A stretch of DNA of 64,000 nucleotides, taken from IMG/VR virus record IMGVR_UViG_3300033069_001185, positions 64,386-128,385 of that record, one strand, 5' to 3'. This DNA comes from a virus (lineage: Duplodnaviria; Caudoviricetes). This document shows positions 10,131 to 19,565 of this stretch, in pieces. Every line of letters starts with the position of its first letter. The stretch's first letter is position 1. Below the pieces are notes generated by a model. That model worked only from the letters and a program-made list of their open reading frames with translations, did not search any database and had not been told where the DNA came from. The translations under genes and the position numbers were made by a program.

Positions 10131-10453
10131 TACAGTTTCATTTTCTGAAGTCTGCCTTCAGAGTTAGTGAAAAATACAGTCTTTACTCCGTTCTGCCTCA
10201 AATATTCTTCACACTTCGGACATGGCTTGGCATTGCCGAATGTACCATCTTTCCTGAACCGGATCGAATAGACTTTTGTTCCTTTGCGCATACTGGGCCA
10301 AAGACATTCCAAAGCTCTCACTTCTGCGTGTACTTTATTGAAGTTGGACTTAAAGGCGACAATAGCGCCGCCAGAAACCACAAAAGCCGCATGATGATGC
10401 TGCTTGTGGTTTGACTTTCGACAAGTTTTGATAGCAGATTCAAGATTAAACAT
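10130..10453 (-). CDS. Zn-dependent cytidine/dCMP-deaminase-like protein
   Basis: HAE...KPCPKC. Confidence 0.85.
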   Translation of the reverse strand: MFNLESAIKTCRKSNHKQHHHAAFVVSGGAIVAFKSNFNKVHAEVRALECLWPSMRKGTKVYSIRFRKDGTFGNAKPCPKCEEYLRQNGVKTVFFTNSEGRLQKMKL

Positions 10454-10459
10454 AGTAGG

Positions 10460-10489
10460 TTTATATCACATAATGATATGAAATGTCAA
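10460..10489 (-). promoter_or_regulatory. sigma70-like promoter TTGACA-N18-TATAAA (TG extended), 6 nt before ATG
   Basis: Minus strand gTTGACAtttcatatcattatgTGaTATAAAcctactATG. Confidence 0.7.
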
Positions 10490-10647
10490 CCTAATAGAAG
10501 GGATACGTCCAAGCCCAAATCGAGGCATTTTTGATAAATGTCTGAATTCACAATGAAGACAGTCACTACTCCCGGTTTACTATTTCCGATGGATGGGAGA
10601 GAAAACGCGTCTGGTTCTCTGTCGTTTATTGAAATAAAAACCGGCAA
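10486..10647 (-). CDS. Small hypothetical protein (53 aa, TTG start)
   Basis: AAGGA upstream; ends VFIVNSDIYQKCLDLGLDVSLLLG. Confidence 0.4.
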   Translation of the reverse strand: MPVFISINDREPDAFSLPSIGNSKPGVVTVFIVNSDIYQKCLDLGLDVSLLLG

Positions 10648-10775
10648 GGGTCTGTTTCCTTAGGCTTATCCGGATTTATAGGCTCTGGAGGAGGGGTCGG
10701 TATCTCAAGCTGTGGGCGTTCTGTTATCACTGGTTTTTTCTTTGTCTTATCGATAAGCCAAGGAGGCAGATCCAT
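10626..10775 (-). CDS. Small Pro-rich hypothetical protein (49 aa)
   Basis: MDLPPWLIDK...; TAATG coupling to the upstream ORF. Confidence 0.45.
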   Translation of the reverse strand: MDLPPWLIDKTKKKPVITERPQLEIPTPPPEPINPDKPKETDPCRFLFQ

Positions 10776-10948
10776 TACTCGTCACCGTTTTCGGTGTTTG
10801 CTTTGATATAGGCCTCAAATTCTGCAATCTTCTTTTCTACTGCCTTCATCTTTTCTTCTAGGATAGCTACGGTATCGACACAGCGATCAAACTCGTCGCA
10901 CGCTGAGCACTGATAACCGTTATAATAGTCTTCGCATGTACATTTCAT
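10775..10948 (-). CDS. Small Cys-rich/coiled-coil protein (57 aa)
   Basis: MKCTCEDYYNGYQCSAC...; ATGA overlap with the upstream gene. Confidence 0.5.
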   Translation of the reverse strand: MKCTCEDYYNGYQCSACDEFDRCVDTVAILEEKMKAVEKKIAEFEAYIKANTENGDE

Positions 10949-11589
10949 CGGAAACGCTCCGTTAAGATATCAAAAACAACCTTTTCAACTGTAGCACGAT
11001 CTGGTTCGTCTGGCAACAAAGACTTGTTTTTGATATCTGCCCATGACTCTTTGTAGTAGACAAATTCTTTCTCAACGTCAGACCACGGCGTCTGACCAGA
11101 ACGGATCTTCAATAAATCGGGGATATCCTTTTCTCTCCTTACGACAAACCCTCCGGTCGTTAAGACCTCGTTCCCGGTACGAAGGAGTCTGATTAGGTGC
11201 ATTGCGTCTTTTCTGTCAAAGCCGTTCTTGATAATTCTTTGGTAATTGCCAATAGCATAGCCTAGATATGTATGGGCGAGCTTCTTGCTTAGGAAAGCCC
11301 TCCTGTGAGTTCTCAGTTGGCTAGCGAACTCGTCTTCAAACAGGATGCAATCCCTAGGAGCAAATAATGTTTCCAACACGTTGGGATTGCCGGACAAGCA
11401 CATATTGATATACTTACGGAACTCCCAAAACATGACATCGCCATCGCCTGCAATTGACTCAGGCCCTTTGCTAAGGCCAAAGAAGTGTTGGTCCGATGGA
11501 AGATACCAGCCACGGATATCTAGATCTGAATCTTGAACATTAGTTCCATACATGTAACTACCTGCGATTACTTTGTAATTAGGATTCAT
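10945..11589 (-). CDS. Pol-beta-superfamily nucleotidyltransferase (T4 NrdC.11 / RlaP-like)
   Basis: GSYMYGT...SDLDIRG, GNPNVLE, MHLIRLL, LPDEPD. Confidence 0.8.
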   Translation of the reverse strand: MNPNYKVIAGSYMYGTNVQDSDLDIRGWYLPSDQHFFGLSKGPESIAGDGDVMFWEFRKYINMCLSGNPNVLETLFAPRDCILFEDEFASQLRTHRRAFLSKKLAHTYLGYAIGNYQRIIKNGFDRKDAMHLIRLLRTGNEVLTTGGFVVRREKDIPDLLKIRSGQTPWSDVEKEFVYYKESWADIKNKSLLPDEPDRATVEKVVFDILTERFR

Positions 11590-11977
11590 ACCATTCCATA
11601 AAGTCGTCTATGTTCATAAGAGTATCGCTTGAATGGTCCTGCCATTCCTTGTCGATGCGGTCTGTCGTATGTTCACCAATTCCAAACCACCATACTACAC
11701 TGAAACTTTTCGGTTTCAGCCAGTTGAATTTAACGAATCTTGCCTCAAGTAGCTGTTTCTTTGACAAGTCGGTGTCCCGAAAAACACAGCTATTGAATAC
11801 AGTGCCAGTAAGCTTTGTGTTTGTAAAGTTGCTTTTTCTTAGCAACCTATTCGAGAAAATCAATCCCGATAGATCCATATTGCTAAAATCAGCAGGTATG
11901 AAATTAGGATCAAACCAGCGGATTTCGTCTGTTTTGTCAAGATAACAATCCAGTTCTTCTTGGGTTAACTTTTTCAA
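11579..11977 (-). CDS. Pentapeptide-repeat protein with C-terminal NxDD tag
   Basis: ADFSNMDLSGLIFS...NFTNTKLTG; C-terminal NIDDFMEWY; TTG start overlapping the upstream stop. Confidence 0.7.
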   Translation of the reverse strand: MKKLTQEELDCYLDKTDEIRWFDPNFIPADFSNMDLSGLIFSNRLLRKSNFTNTKLTGTVFNSCVFRDTDLSKKQLLEARFVKFNWLKPKSFSVVWWFGIGEHTTDRIDKEWQDHSSDTLMNIDDFMEWYES

Positions 11978-12375
11978 AATTCCCCCCAAAACTGCAACCA
12001 ATTATCAACATTTAACTGAGGATTAAAGAGCCTATTGCATAATAGTAATAGACCGTCCATGTCTTGGGAGTCCGGAGCGTCGGTAGTAAGTTCAATATAT
12101 CTACCGCCTGCTGTTTTGTATATCCTACAACGACCAAAATAGGCGCTCAGTAGTTGTTCTGTAGTAAAGTAACAGCCAGAAATGTCACTATAAAAAAACG
12201 TAGCACCCGTCAGCTTGCAATTGGTAAAATTGCTATATGAGAAATCAAAATTGCTAAAGTCGGTCCAAGACAGATCCATATCGCTAAAATCAGCCCGTTG
12301 GCCCTTAGAAGAGTCCGCTAGCCATTTCACATGCTCAGTGTTAATTTCTAGAAGAGTGGGTCTAGTCAATATCAT
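11974..12375 (-). CDS. Pentapeptide-repeat protein with C-terminal NxD[N] tag
   Basis: RPT...EHVKWL...GQRADFSDMDL; C-terminal NVDNWLQFW. Confidence 0.72.
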   Translation of the reverse strand: MILTRPTLLEINTEHVKWLADSSKGQRADFSDMDLSWTDFSNFDFSYSNFTNCKLTGATFFYSDISGCYFTTEQLLSAYFGRCRIYKTAGGRYIELTTDAPDSQDMDGLLLLCNRLFNPQLNVDNWLQFWGEF

Positions 12376-12376
12376 A

Positions 12377-13597
12377 TCAATACCAACAAACACTCAAGTT
12401 CTGTTTTGATCTCGTAAGTGCCGTATACAGCCAGCGACGGCCCGTCATACTGAAAGGCTTCACTGTTTCCTCCAAGACCACCAATACGTCATTTGCCTCT
12501 GAACCCTGAGACTTATGACAACTCAGTACATAGCCGTAATTTGCACTTACATATACACAGGATTCCGGCAGAACTCCAGAGCTTTTCTTTCTTTTGAGGA
12601 GTTTCTTGCACCCATTGCTAGCTGCCGACGGGCTGATCTTCATTTCGCCTTGGAGTTCTTGTTGGGAGATCAGACAGTGTTTACCCCCAACAAGCTCTAC
12701 ATACCAGTAATCAACGATATCGCTCTGTCCTGTGAACCGATCTGTTACCTTTACGGTTTCAATTCTTTCGACGACCCGTTTGATTACATAGACTTCGCCA
12801 TTCAGTACCTCATTGATATAGTTATTCTTGATAATCAACAAAGGCTCGGTGTCTTCTGGACGACTCATTCGACCGAGCGTTTTTCTGATTGCTTGGTTCA
12901 GTCTGTGTCTCGTTTCGTTGGTGTGGCAAATCACCATACCTTCTTTGGACCATATATCAATACTTTTATCAATAAGCTCGGTCTTATCAACAGAAGGCAC
13001 GTCGGAAAGTTGTAGGGCGAATGAATTAGAAGTCCTGACTGCCGTAGCCACCTTGATTATGATACTTTCTTCTGCTTGCCTAAGAACTTCAGACAGGTTC
13101 ACCCTATAGTCGGCATCCATAAGGAAAACACTGAAGCCTGCGTTTTCGGTATCGACCGGGGGTAATTGGAATTCGTCACCAATCAATATCAGGTTTTTGC
13201 CCACATTGCTACAAGTTTCTAGAAGATCTTTGTATAGATCGAAAGTAACCATTGAGGCTTCGTCGATAACGATTGCGTGGTACTTTGGCAGTTCTATATC
13301 AATAAGGTCCTTGGAGGTAAAGTCTAGATTGCCGGTGTTTTGGTCTTCTTTGACTGAATACATCCATTTATGGATCGTTGAGGCTCTGCAACCGGCTACT
13401 TCTGCGGCTCTTAGAGCTGCTTTTCCCGTCGGAGCCAGAACCAGAATACCGTCGGTCTCAGCCAATACTCTCAAAAGACTGGTCTTACCAGTCCCAGCCG
13501 GACCATTAACAATACAGACGCCTCCTCCGTTAGGGTGCGAAATTCCCAAGTCACGAAAGGCATCCAAAGCCTGTTGCTGTCCTTTTGTTAAGTTCAC
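12377..13597 (-). CDS. Dda/RecD-like SF1 DNA helicase
   Basis: GPAGTGKT, APTGKAA, IDEASM, GD.FQLPPV, HKSQGSE, YTALTR. Confidence 0.92.
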   Translation of the reverse strand: MNLTKGQQQALDAFRDLGISHPNGGGVCIVNGPAGTGKTSLLRVLAETDGILVLAPTGKAALRAAEVAGCRASTIHKWMYSVKEDQNTGNLDFTSKDLIDIELPKYHAIVIDEASMVTFDLYKDLLETCSNVGKNLILIGDEFQLPPVDTENAGFSVFLMDADYRVNLSEVLRQAEESIIIKVATAVRTSNSFALQLSDVPSVDKTELIDKSIDIWSKEGMVICHTNETRHRLNQAIRKTLGRMSRPEDTEPLLIIKNNYINEVLNGEVYVIKRVVERIETVKVTDRFTGQSDIVDYWYVELVGGKHCLISQQELQGEMKISPSAASNGCKKLLKRKKSSGVLPESCVYVSANYGYVLSCHKSQGSEANDVLVVLEETVKPFSMTGRRWLYTALTRSKQNLSVCWY

Positions 13598-14643
13598 TCT
13601 AGGATGTCCATACGATTTGGGCCAAAACTCGCTGCAAATTCAACGGTCGGGAAAGTAGATCTCATAAAGTCTAGAACTTCGTAAACGAAAGCGCCTAAAG
13701 TGAGACCTTGTGCCGGAATGTACTTGGCAGAAAAGCCAAGTCCGAATGCCGAAAAGCTACCATATTGATACAATACGTCAAGCTTCGTCAGGTACACCTT
13801 ATAGCACCCATTGATACGAATTGCATACTGAAGTTCTTTGAGGTCCATGTGAGCAATCCTGCGAGGTCGTCCAGTAGTCGCTCCGAATTCCCCGCCCAAT
13901 TGTCGCAAACCCTCTGCTGCTGCGATCTCCCACTCATAAGGAAGATGCCCATTGCCAACTCTAGTAGTATAGGCCTTTGCTACGCCGATACAGTTATTGA
14001 TATAGTGAGGGGGAAAACCAGTGCCAGTTGCGGCTCCACCAGCCGTACAATTGCTGCTAGTGACATAAGGATAGGTGCCGTGATCAACGTCTAGCATTGT
14101 TCCTTGCGCGCCTTCGAAGATCACACCGCCAGAAGCAATCATGTCTGGCACAAGGTCTTCCACAGAGAACCGATTTGGAAAAGAGTTTCCAGACAGACCA
14201 ATAACCCGCAAGCCCTTTCTCCCAACCTTGTCTTCGTAGGCCGGTCCAATCCCTCGATTCGTAGTACCAATATGACCGTTTGTTTCTTTGTCCCTCGAAA
14301 CGTGCTCTTTGGTTATGACATGAGCCCTAGGACTCACGTAAATATTGCTTTCCGTATCCACTCCTAGATCGGAAATCATCTTGATCTCGTCATTTAGCTG
14401 ATCAATATCGACGACACAGCCGTTACCGATAAAGCAAGTCTTACGGCTAAAGATTCCGGAAGGCACTTGGTGCAAAACCACTTTCTTCCCATTATCCAGA
14501 TAGACCGTATGGCCAGCGTTGTTGCCGCCTTGATAACGGGCAACGTATCGATAGTACCCGTCTCGGCAAAGGTAGTCAATGATTTTACCTTTACCTTCGT
14601 CTCCGTACTGTAAGCCTACAACTACTGTATTTAATCTTGGCAA
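13594..14643 (-). CDS. purA: Adenylosuccinate synthetase (short form)
   Basis: GLQYGDEGKGK, GGNNAGHT, EGAQG, DHGTYPYVTSS, GATTGRPRR; likely TTG start at 14643 after GGAG (ORF track extends it to 14736). Confidence 0.9.
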   Translation of the reverse strand: MPRLNTVVVGLQYGDEGKGKIIDYLCRDGYYRYVARYQGGNNAGHTVYLDNGKKVVLHQVPSGIFSRKTCFIGNGCVVDIDQLNDEIKMISDLGVDTESNIYVSPRAHVITKEHVSRDKETNGHIGTTNRGIGPAYEDKVGRKGLRVIGLSGNSFPNRFSVEDLVPDMIASGGVIFEGAQGTMLDVDHGTYPYVTSSNCTAGGAATGTGFPPHYINNCIGVAKAYTTRVGNGHLPYEWEIAAAEGLRQLGGEFGATTGRPRRIAHMDLKELQYAIRINGCYKVYLTKLDVLYQYGSFSAFGLGFSAKYIPAQGLTLGAFVYEVLDFMRSTFPTVEFAASFGPNRMDILE

Positions 14644-14672
14644 TTTACGGCTCCACTTGAGATATTTCGCAG

Positions 14673-14701
14673 ATTCTACACCATTACCCATGAAACAACA
14701 A
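14673..14701 (-). promoter_or_regulatory. Putative sigma70-like promoter for purA (TTGTTG-N17-TAGAAT)
   Basis: 17-bp spacer, lies between the hairpin and the purA RBS. Confidence 0.45.
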
Positions 14702-14724
14702 CCCCGAGGGTTCGCCTCGGGGTT
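14700..14724 (-). terminator. GC-rich hairpin / probable intrinsic terminator after the vWA gene
   Basis: AACCCCGAGG-GTTCG-CCTCGGGGTT perfect 10-bp stem, followed by TTGTTGTTT on the minus strand. Confidence 0.65.
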
Positions 14725-14728
14725 TATA

Positions 14729-16120
14729 TCATTCAAAATCAGACAGCATGTAGGTATCAGACTCTTTGGGGATCAGTTCTTTGTAGTTCTCACTCAAGAA
14801 CCACTTCCAGCGGTGGGGAAATTCCGGTCTGACGTGATCACCATACCCGTCAGTGATTACCCAAACAGTTGAAGGGTACTTGGACTCTTTCGCCTGAACA
14901 ATCTTTTGGATACCGTCTTCAATACAACTGAAACTGGTTCCGCCGAATCCATAAGCCTTGCCTGATTTCAAGTCGGTCGGATAAACCTGTGTATCAAAGC
15001 AGAACAATTTAACATCAAACCGCTCTTCTGGCAATGTCCGTGCTGCATTGAAGAACCGCTGAGCAAGGTGGGCACAGCTACCGGAGGTGTCCAAGAAGAA
15101 CCAGACACAAATCCGTGACTTCTCGTACTCGTCGATCTCGTCCTCTGAAGGAAGCATCAGGTCGCTCGACAATGTAGCAAATCGGCGTGCGGGCTTGATC
15201 CATTGTTCGTCGATTTTAGCCTCAAGGTACTTGCGAGCCCAGTCTTTGACAATGGTCTCCCACTTTTTCTTTGGGAAAACTTTTTCTGTCTTGACGTTCA
15301 CCCAGCTATTGCCAGCATCAGCACCAGCCTTCTTGGTGGGAGAATCAACTTTCTTCTCAAGTTCCTTAAGCTCTTTTTCCACCATTTGCTTGAACTTCTT
15401 CTTGGCCTTCATGTCATTGGAGTCTGTATTATCCAGAACCTCTTTCATGGCCTGTTCAAACTCTTTGGTAACGAAAGACTCAAGCCCGTCGTGGTCGTCA
15501 ACCGACGACATTGAGTCAACTTGCTGGCCAAAGCCCGGAGTCTTTTCGAGTTCTTCTTTGATAAGATTGTAGTAGAACTCGAAACTGTTACCTACGGGAG
15601 GAATGGCAGATGCCTTAGCAAAAACCGTGTCAACCCAGCAGTACATATTCTTGGGATCGATCTCTGCCCTATCAAAACCCATGCAATCAACAATGAAGTG
15701 ATTCACAACGACATCCAGAGCCAAGTTGGCGTTGTGGAGTTCGGGTCCACGGAGCAAGTTGATGCGTGCTCCATGGTAGAAAAAGACGTGCAAGCATTCG
15801 TGGCTGACAACGAACAGCTTTTGTTCAAAATTGAGGGAATCCCAAAACACCGGATTAACCACAAAGTCAATGCACTCGCCAATCTTATCAAAATACACAG
15901 CCGCAGTCTTGACTTCCTTAGAAAACCGTGGCTTTGACAGCGACCAGAACTTCTCGAATACCGTGAAGTGTGGCTGGAGCCCTTCTGCCACATCTCGGAA
16001 CTCTTCCATCGAAAACCGACGGTTTGGGATCACCGAAGATTCGTTGTCTGTTTCTGGCACTGCCTGAATGGTTTGTGTTTGCATATTTATGGTTATATCC
16101 GGTGTTTGAGTGTGGGTCAA
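14729..16120 (-). CDS. DUF2201-like HExxH metallopeptidase + vWA domain protein
   Basis: SHECLH, LDTSGS MIDAS, GGTSF, VITDGY. Confidence 0.85.
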   Translation of the reverse strand: MTHTQTPDITINMQTQTIQAVPETDNESSVIPNRRFSMEEFRDVAEGLQPHFTVFEKFWSLSKPRFSKEVKTAAVYFDKIGECIDFVVNPVFWDSLNFEQKLFVVSHECLHVFFYHGARINLLRGPELHNANLALDVVVNHFIVDCMGFDRAEIDPKNMYCWVDTVFAKASAIPPVGNSFEFYYNLIKEELEKTPGFGQQVDSMSSVDDHDGLESFVTKEFEQAMKEVLDNTDSNDMKAKKKFKQMVEKELKELEKKVDSPTKKAGADAGNSWVNVKTEKVFPKKKWETIVKDWARKYLEAKIDEQWIKPARRFATLSSDLMLPSEDEIDEYEKSRICVWFFLDTSGSCAHLAQRFFNAARTLPEERFDVKLFCFDTQVYPTDLKSGKAYGFGGTSFSCIEDGIQKIVQAKESKYPSTVWVITDGYGDHVRPEFPHRWKWFLSENYKELIPKESDTYMLSDFE

Positions 16121-16126
16121 CGTTTA

Positions 16127-17533
16127 TTATGGAGTGGGCGTATTGCGCATTTGAGTCATCTTGCCCACAACCGTCTTTGCGTCAATCAAAGTATCCCACT
16201 TGACTCCCGCCTGTTCCAGAACCTTGGTGACATACGCAAACATGGGAATCAGGTTCTTGTATCGTTCACGCATCACGGTGGGGTGACTGGCTCCAGAGCA
16301 GACACCTTCAATCATCTTGATTGCTTCGGTAGCGGACGCTGAAGTCAGATCCTTTGAGGGGAGTTCCTTGTTCAATTCGTCGTAGAGAGCTTGACGAACC
16401 TGAGTACCATTGACCGGCATGGCCTTCAGGGCTTGAATTTTAGAAGCAAATCCCTTCTCGGTAGCATTGGGATTGTCCCACGTCTCTTTGCTCAGGTCCA
16501 AGTCTGAGATGCTGGTGTGCTTGAGGATAACCGCCTTGCAAGCTTCTGACATTTGACCAGACTTTGAAGCAGCAATCTCTTTGATAACAGACTTGAACTC
16601 TTCGTAGTTCGCATCAGAAAGGACGTGCTCCTTTACATTTGCGTGCTGGTTCATAAGCGTGGTGATGCGCTCAGAGCCAATCACTGGCAAGAAGAACGAA
16701 AGAAGGGCTTCTTTCTTGACAATGTGGGGGTGGGCAACGGCATAGTTGTTTTCACCAGCCAACCACTTACGAGCAGCGGCTTTGTCACCAGACTTCATGA
16801 GTTTCTCAAGCTGCTGGGTCGTAGGACCATTACGCAACTGGGTCAGGAGCGTAGCGTGATTGATACTTTCGTGGAGCAGTGGCCGGATATCGCCGTCCAT
16901 TGTGTGCATGTCGAGGACGTAATCCAGACGACGAGGTGAAAGCTTGTCCTTGGCCTCAGGCTTCAGTTCGTTCCACCACTCAATGGCCACGTCGGCAACT
17001 TCCCGACCAAACTTCTTTCGGAAATATTCCGCATCAGGCTTGTAAGCCACATTCACAATCACCTGAAAGCGGTCCATTTGTGCAGGATCCAAAGCCTCGA
17101 CATCATACTTACTGGCCTCGTCTTCCTCAGGATTGACAGCCGCCCAAACCATCTTGAGATTCGGGAACTTTTTCCCGTTGATTGACTTGAACTGGATGAT
17201 CTCCATCATCGCGTTCTTGACCTTCTTTGGGCAACGGTTTGCTTCGTCGAGGAAGATCGCCTCAATCTCAGGATCGAGGAAAGCCTTAGGACGAACAAGA
17301 TCGAGGTACTTTTCGCCAGTCTTTTCGTCCACAAACTCCTTCGGAATGCCGATGAAGTCTACGAATGCGTCAAGGGTGGCTCCCGAGAAGTACAGATACT
17401 TCTTGCCGTTGCGCTTGAAAGCCTCCAGAACTCGGGCAGTCTTACCAACGCCGTGCTTACCACGGAGAAGGACGTTGAGGTTGTTCTTGATCCAGAAATC
17501 GAGGTTTGAGTCAGTAAAGTGATTAGCAGCCAT
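16127..17533 (-). CDS. MoxR-like AAA+ ATPase
   Basis: GKHGVGKT, FLDEANR, AAVNP, LDPAQMDRF, SPR; adjacent to the vWA partner. Confidence 0.88.
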   Translation of the reverse strand: MAANHFTDSNLDFWIKNNLNVLLRGKHGVGKTARVLEAFKRNGKKYLYFSGATLDAFVDFIGIPKEFVDEKTGEKYLDLVRPKAFLDPEIEAIFLDEANRCPKKVKNAMMEIIQFKSINGKKFPNLKMVWAAVNPEEDEASKYDVEALDPAQMDRFQVIVNVAYKPDAEYFRKKFGREVADVAIEWWNELKPEAKDKLSPRRLDYVLDMHTMDGDIRPLLHESINHATLLTQLRNGPTTQQLEKLMKSGDKAAARKWLAGENNYAVAHPHIVKKEALLSFFLPVIGSERITTLMNQHANVKEHVLSDANYEEFKSVIKEIAASKSGQMSEACKAVILKHTSISDLDLSKETWDNPNATEKGFASKIQALKAMPVNGTQVRQALYDELNKELPSKDLTSASATEAIKMIEGVCSGASHPTVMRERYKNLIPMFAYVTKVLEQAGVKWDTLIDAKTVVGKMTQMRNTPTP

Positions 17534-17594
17534 TTGTGTTTGACCTTTGGTTTGTTTGTTTAGTTTTGTACAACGATTGTGGTTCTACGCTCTT

Positions 17595-18044
17595 TTAAGA
17601 AGCTGTCAACTGCTGTTCGGCTTTTTTGTACATTATTGATACAACGTTTTGGAATGACATTCCTTTTGATACTTCCAAGGTAATATCAAAAAACTGATCT
17701 TCCGTCAAGCTGAAAGAGGGTCGTGAATACAAGACCCTATTGGTCGCCGCAATTACCTTAAGAAAGGCTTCATCAAACGGAGCCAACTTGAAGATAAAAA
17801 GATTGTTGACACTCACCCAAATCCCGGTCTTATCTGGCTGAAGAACCAGACACTTGTCTCCGAAGTGATTCCGGGCATATGCAGTTACTATTCCATAGGT
17901 GCCAATAGGAAACTTACGGCCCTTTGTAACAATAACGATATCTCCAACAATCGGAGGGTTGGGGATCTTTGACTGAGAGTGGTAGCTGGCAAGAGCTTCG
18001 ATACGGTCTGCGGGAAGTGAAAGGAACTGTTGGGTTTTGTTCAT
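17595..18044 (-). CDS. Hypothetical protein (SH3/KOW-like segment)
   Basis: VGDIVIVTKGRKFPIGTYG; own promoter. Confidence 0.55.
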   Translation of the reverse strand: MNKTQQFLSLPADRIEALASYHSQSKIPNPPIVGDIVIVTKGRKFPIGTYGIVTAYARNHFGDKCLVLQPDKTGIWVSVNNLFIFKLAPFDEAFLKVIAATNRVLYSRPSFSLTEDQFFDITLEVSKGMSFQNVVSIMYKKAEQQLTAS

Positions 18045-18050
18045 TCCTTA

Positions 18051-18079
18051 CTTATATCAAGGCTCTTCACTGTTTACAA
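18051..18079 (-). promoter_or_regulatory. sigma70-like promoter TTGTAA-N17-TATAAG (TG extended), 6 nt before ATG
   Basis: cTTGTAAacagtgaagagcctTGaTATAAGtaaggaATG. Confidence 0.55.
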
Positions 18080-18314
18080 GATCATAAACATAACAATAAT
18101 CGTCTAGATTCATTTCTACGTTTTCTAAATTTTTCTGAATATTTGGCTTCGAACCAATTTTTTTGTCAAGGGATTTACGTTCAATATCTATCTTGTCACA
18201 CTGAATCGAAATATCCAGATATCCATATATCCGGGCAATCCTACTTGTTCCTGCGCTTACTCTGTCAGAACCAAGAACAGCAAGCAAAAGAGAGGGGCTG
18301 GTCAAGTTATTCAT
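18057..18314 (-). CDS. Small protein with C-terminal NxDD tag (no pentapeptides)
   Basis: C-terminal MNLDDYCYVYDL. Confidence 0.6.
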   Translation of the reverse strand: MNNLTSPSLLLAVLGSDRVSAGTSRIARIYGYLDISIQCDKIDIERKSLDKKIGSKPNIQKNLENVEMNLDDYCYVYDLVNSEEP

Positions 18315-18537
18315 CGGTATCTAGTAGCTCGTAAAACCTATAGTAGTCGTCTAAGTTGACTGAAAGCTTAGAAAAGGAGCTTAGCCTAAGGTTGTCAAAT
18401 CCGTCGAGATCTAAACAAGCATTACTGACAAAAATAGAAGCGCCGTCGGTTGCTGAGCCTGCAAACGTATAGCCGTGACTGAGGTCATACTTGCTGAGCT
18501 TTTCTGGCAAAGCCAGATATTTGTTCTTTTTCTTCAT
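18307..18537 (-). CDS. Small protein with C-terminal NxDD tag (no pentapeptides)
   Basis: C-terminal VNLDDYYRFYELL. Confidence 0.6.
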   Translation of the reverse strand: MKKKNKYLALPEKLSKYDLSHGYTFAGSATDGASIFVSNACLDLDGFDNLRLSSFSKLSVNLDDYYRFYELLDTDE

Positions 18538-19553
18538 ATGGGCTTCGCCATCGGGTCGTTTTTGCCATGAGGGGTGCCCTCTCGGTGTCCGTTGGAGGTC
18601 ACTTCGGCAAAAATTGCGTTCCGTCGTAGTTCTTCTAGGGTTCTTGCGCCACTATATGATAGTCCAGAACGAATACCACCTTTCAGTTCGACCAAAACAC
18701 CACCTACAGGCCCTTTTCTGCTAGGTTGATAGGTGACTCCCTCTGGAGTGCCATTTCCAACAGACCCACGGAATTCTTTCTGAGCTTCCGCAGAGGCCAT
18801 TCCTCTGAAGTCCGATCTTGGACATTCATCTGTACCGCCTAGCATTCCACCTAGCATAACAGCGTCAGCACCGGCAGCAAGGGCTTTAACAATATCTCCA
18901 CTACTGCGAATGCCTCCGTCGGCAATCGTGTGAATACCAGAGTCACGAGCGGCACGAGCGCAGTTCTCGATTGCAGTGATCTGCGGAACTCCATGGCCAG
19001 TGACGACTCTGGTCGTACATGCAGATCCCGGACCGACCCCGACCTTGACTACATCCGCTCCTCCTTGATAAAGGATATTTACTCCTTCGGATGTCGCAAC
19101 ATTACCCGCAATAACGGTTTTGAAGCCAATTTTCTTGAGTTCTGAACACATCATGCTTGCACGATTGCTTGCTGCATGGGCAATATCAAGGCAAACCGTC
19201 TCGACTCCCGTATCAAAATACGCCTTTGCCGCTTCCAAGTCCAGCGCCTGAATGCCAACGCTGGGGATAACGGTACTTGTCATTCCAAGTGACTGAAGCT
19301 TCTTGATCCAGTGCAAAACAGTCTTTGTGTCTGCATATCTGTGCAAAATACCAGCACCGCCAGCAAGATCCATTGCTGCGGCCATGGAGACTTCTGTAAT
19401 ACAATCCATATTCGCACTAAAGATAGGAATATCTAATTCCAGATGCCCGACTTTTGTCTTTATATCCACCTCAGATCTGCTCTTAATGTCAGAAATCTGA
19501 GGGATAAGAATAACGTCATCAAACGTGAACATCTTTTGTTTCAAAAAAATCAA
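18534..19553 (-). CDS. guaB: IMP dehydrogenase / GMP reductase family, no CBS domains
   Basis: [44 protein letters not shown]. Confidence 0.88.
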   Translation of the reverse strand: MIFLKQKMFTFDDVILIPQISDIKSRSEVDIKTKVGHLELDIPIFSANMDCITEVSMAAAMDLAGGAGILHRYADTKTVLHWIKKLQSLGMTSTVIPSVGIQALDLEAAKAYFDTGVETVCLDIAHAASNRASMMCSELKKIGFKTVIAGNVATSEGVNILYQGGADVVKVGVGPGSACTTRVVTGHGVPQITAIENCARAARDSGIHTIADGGIRSSGDIVKALAAGADAVMLGGMLGGTDECPRSDFRGMASAEAQKEFRGSVGNGTPEGVTYQPSRKGPVGGVLVELKGGIRSGLSYSGARTLEELRRNAIFAEVTSNGHREGTPHGKNDPMAKPI

Positions 19554-19565
19554 AGGGCGGTTCTC

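Noticed and set aside
13594-14643. PurZ / 2-aminoadenine (Z-genome) pathway
   Set aside because: The catalytic Asp is retained (GDEGKG, not GSxGKG) and GATTGRPRR is canonical PurA; no DatZ/MazZ-like neighbours were recognised.
14644-14736. N-terminal extension of PurA given by the ORF track
   Set aside because: It spans a terminator-like hairpin and a promoter; a TTG with GGAG at 14643 matches the PurA start.
6115-18537. Diversity-generating retroelement behind the NxDD family
   Set aside because: No reverse transcriptase and no template/variable repeat pair with adenine-specific mismatches is visible in the window.
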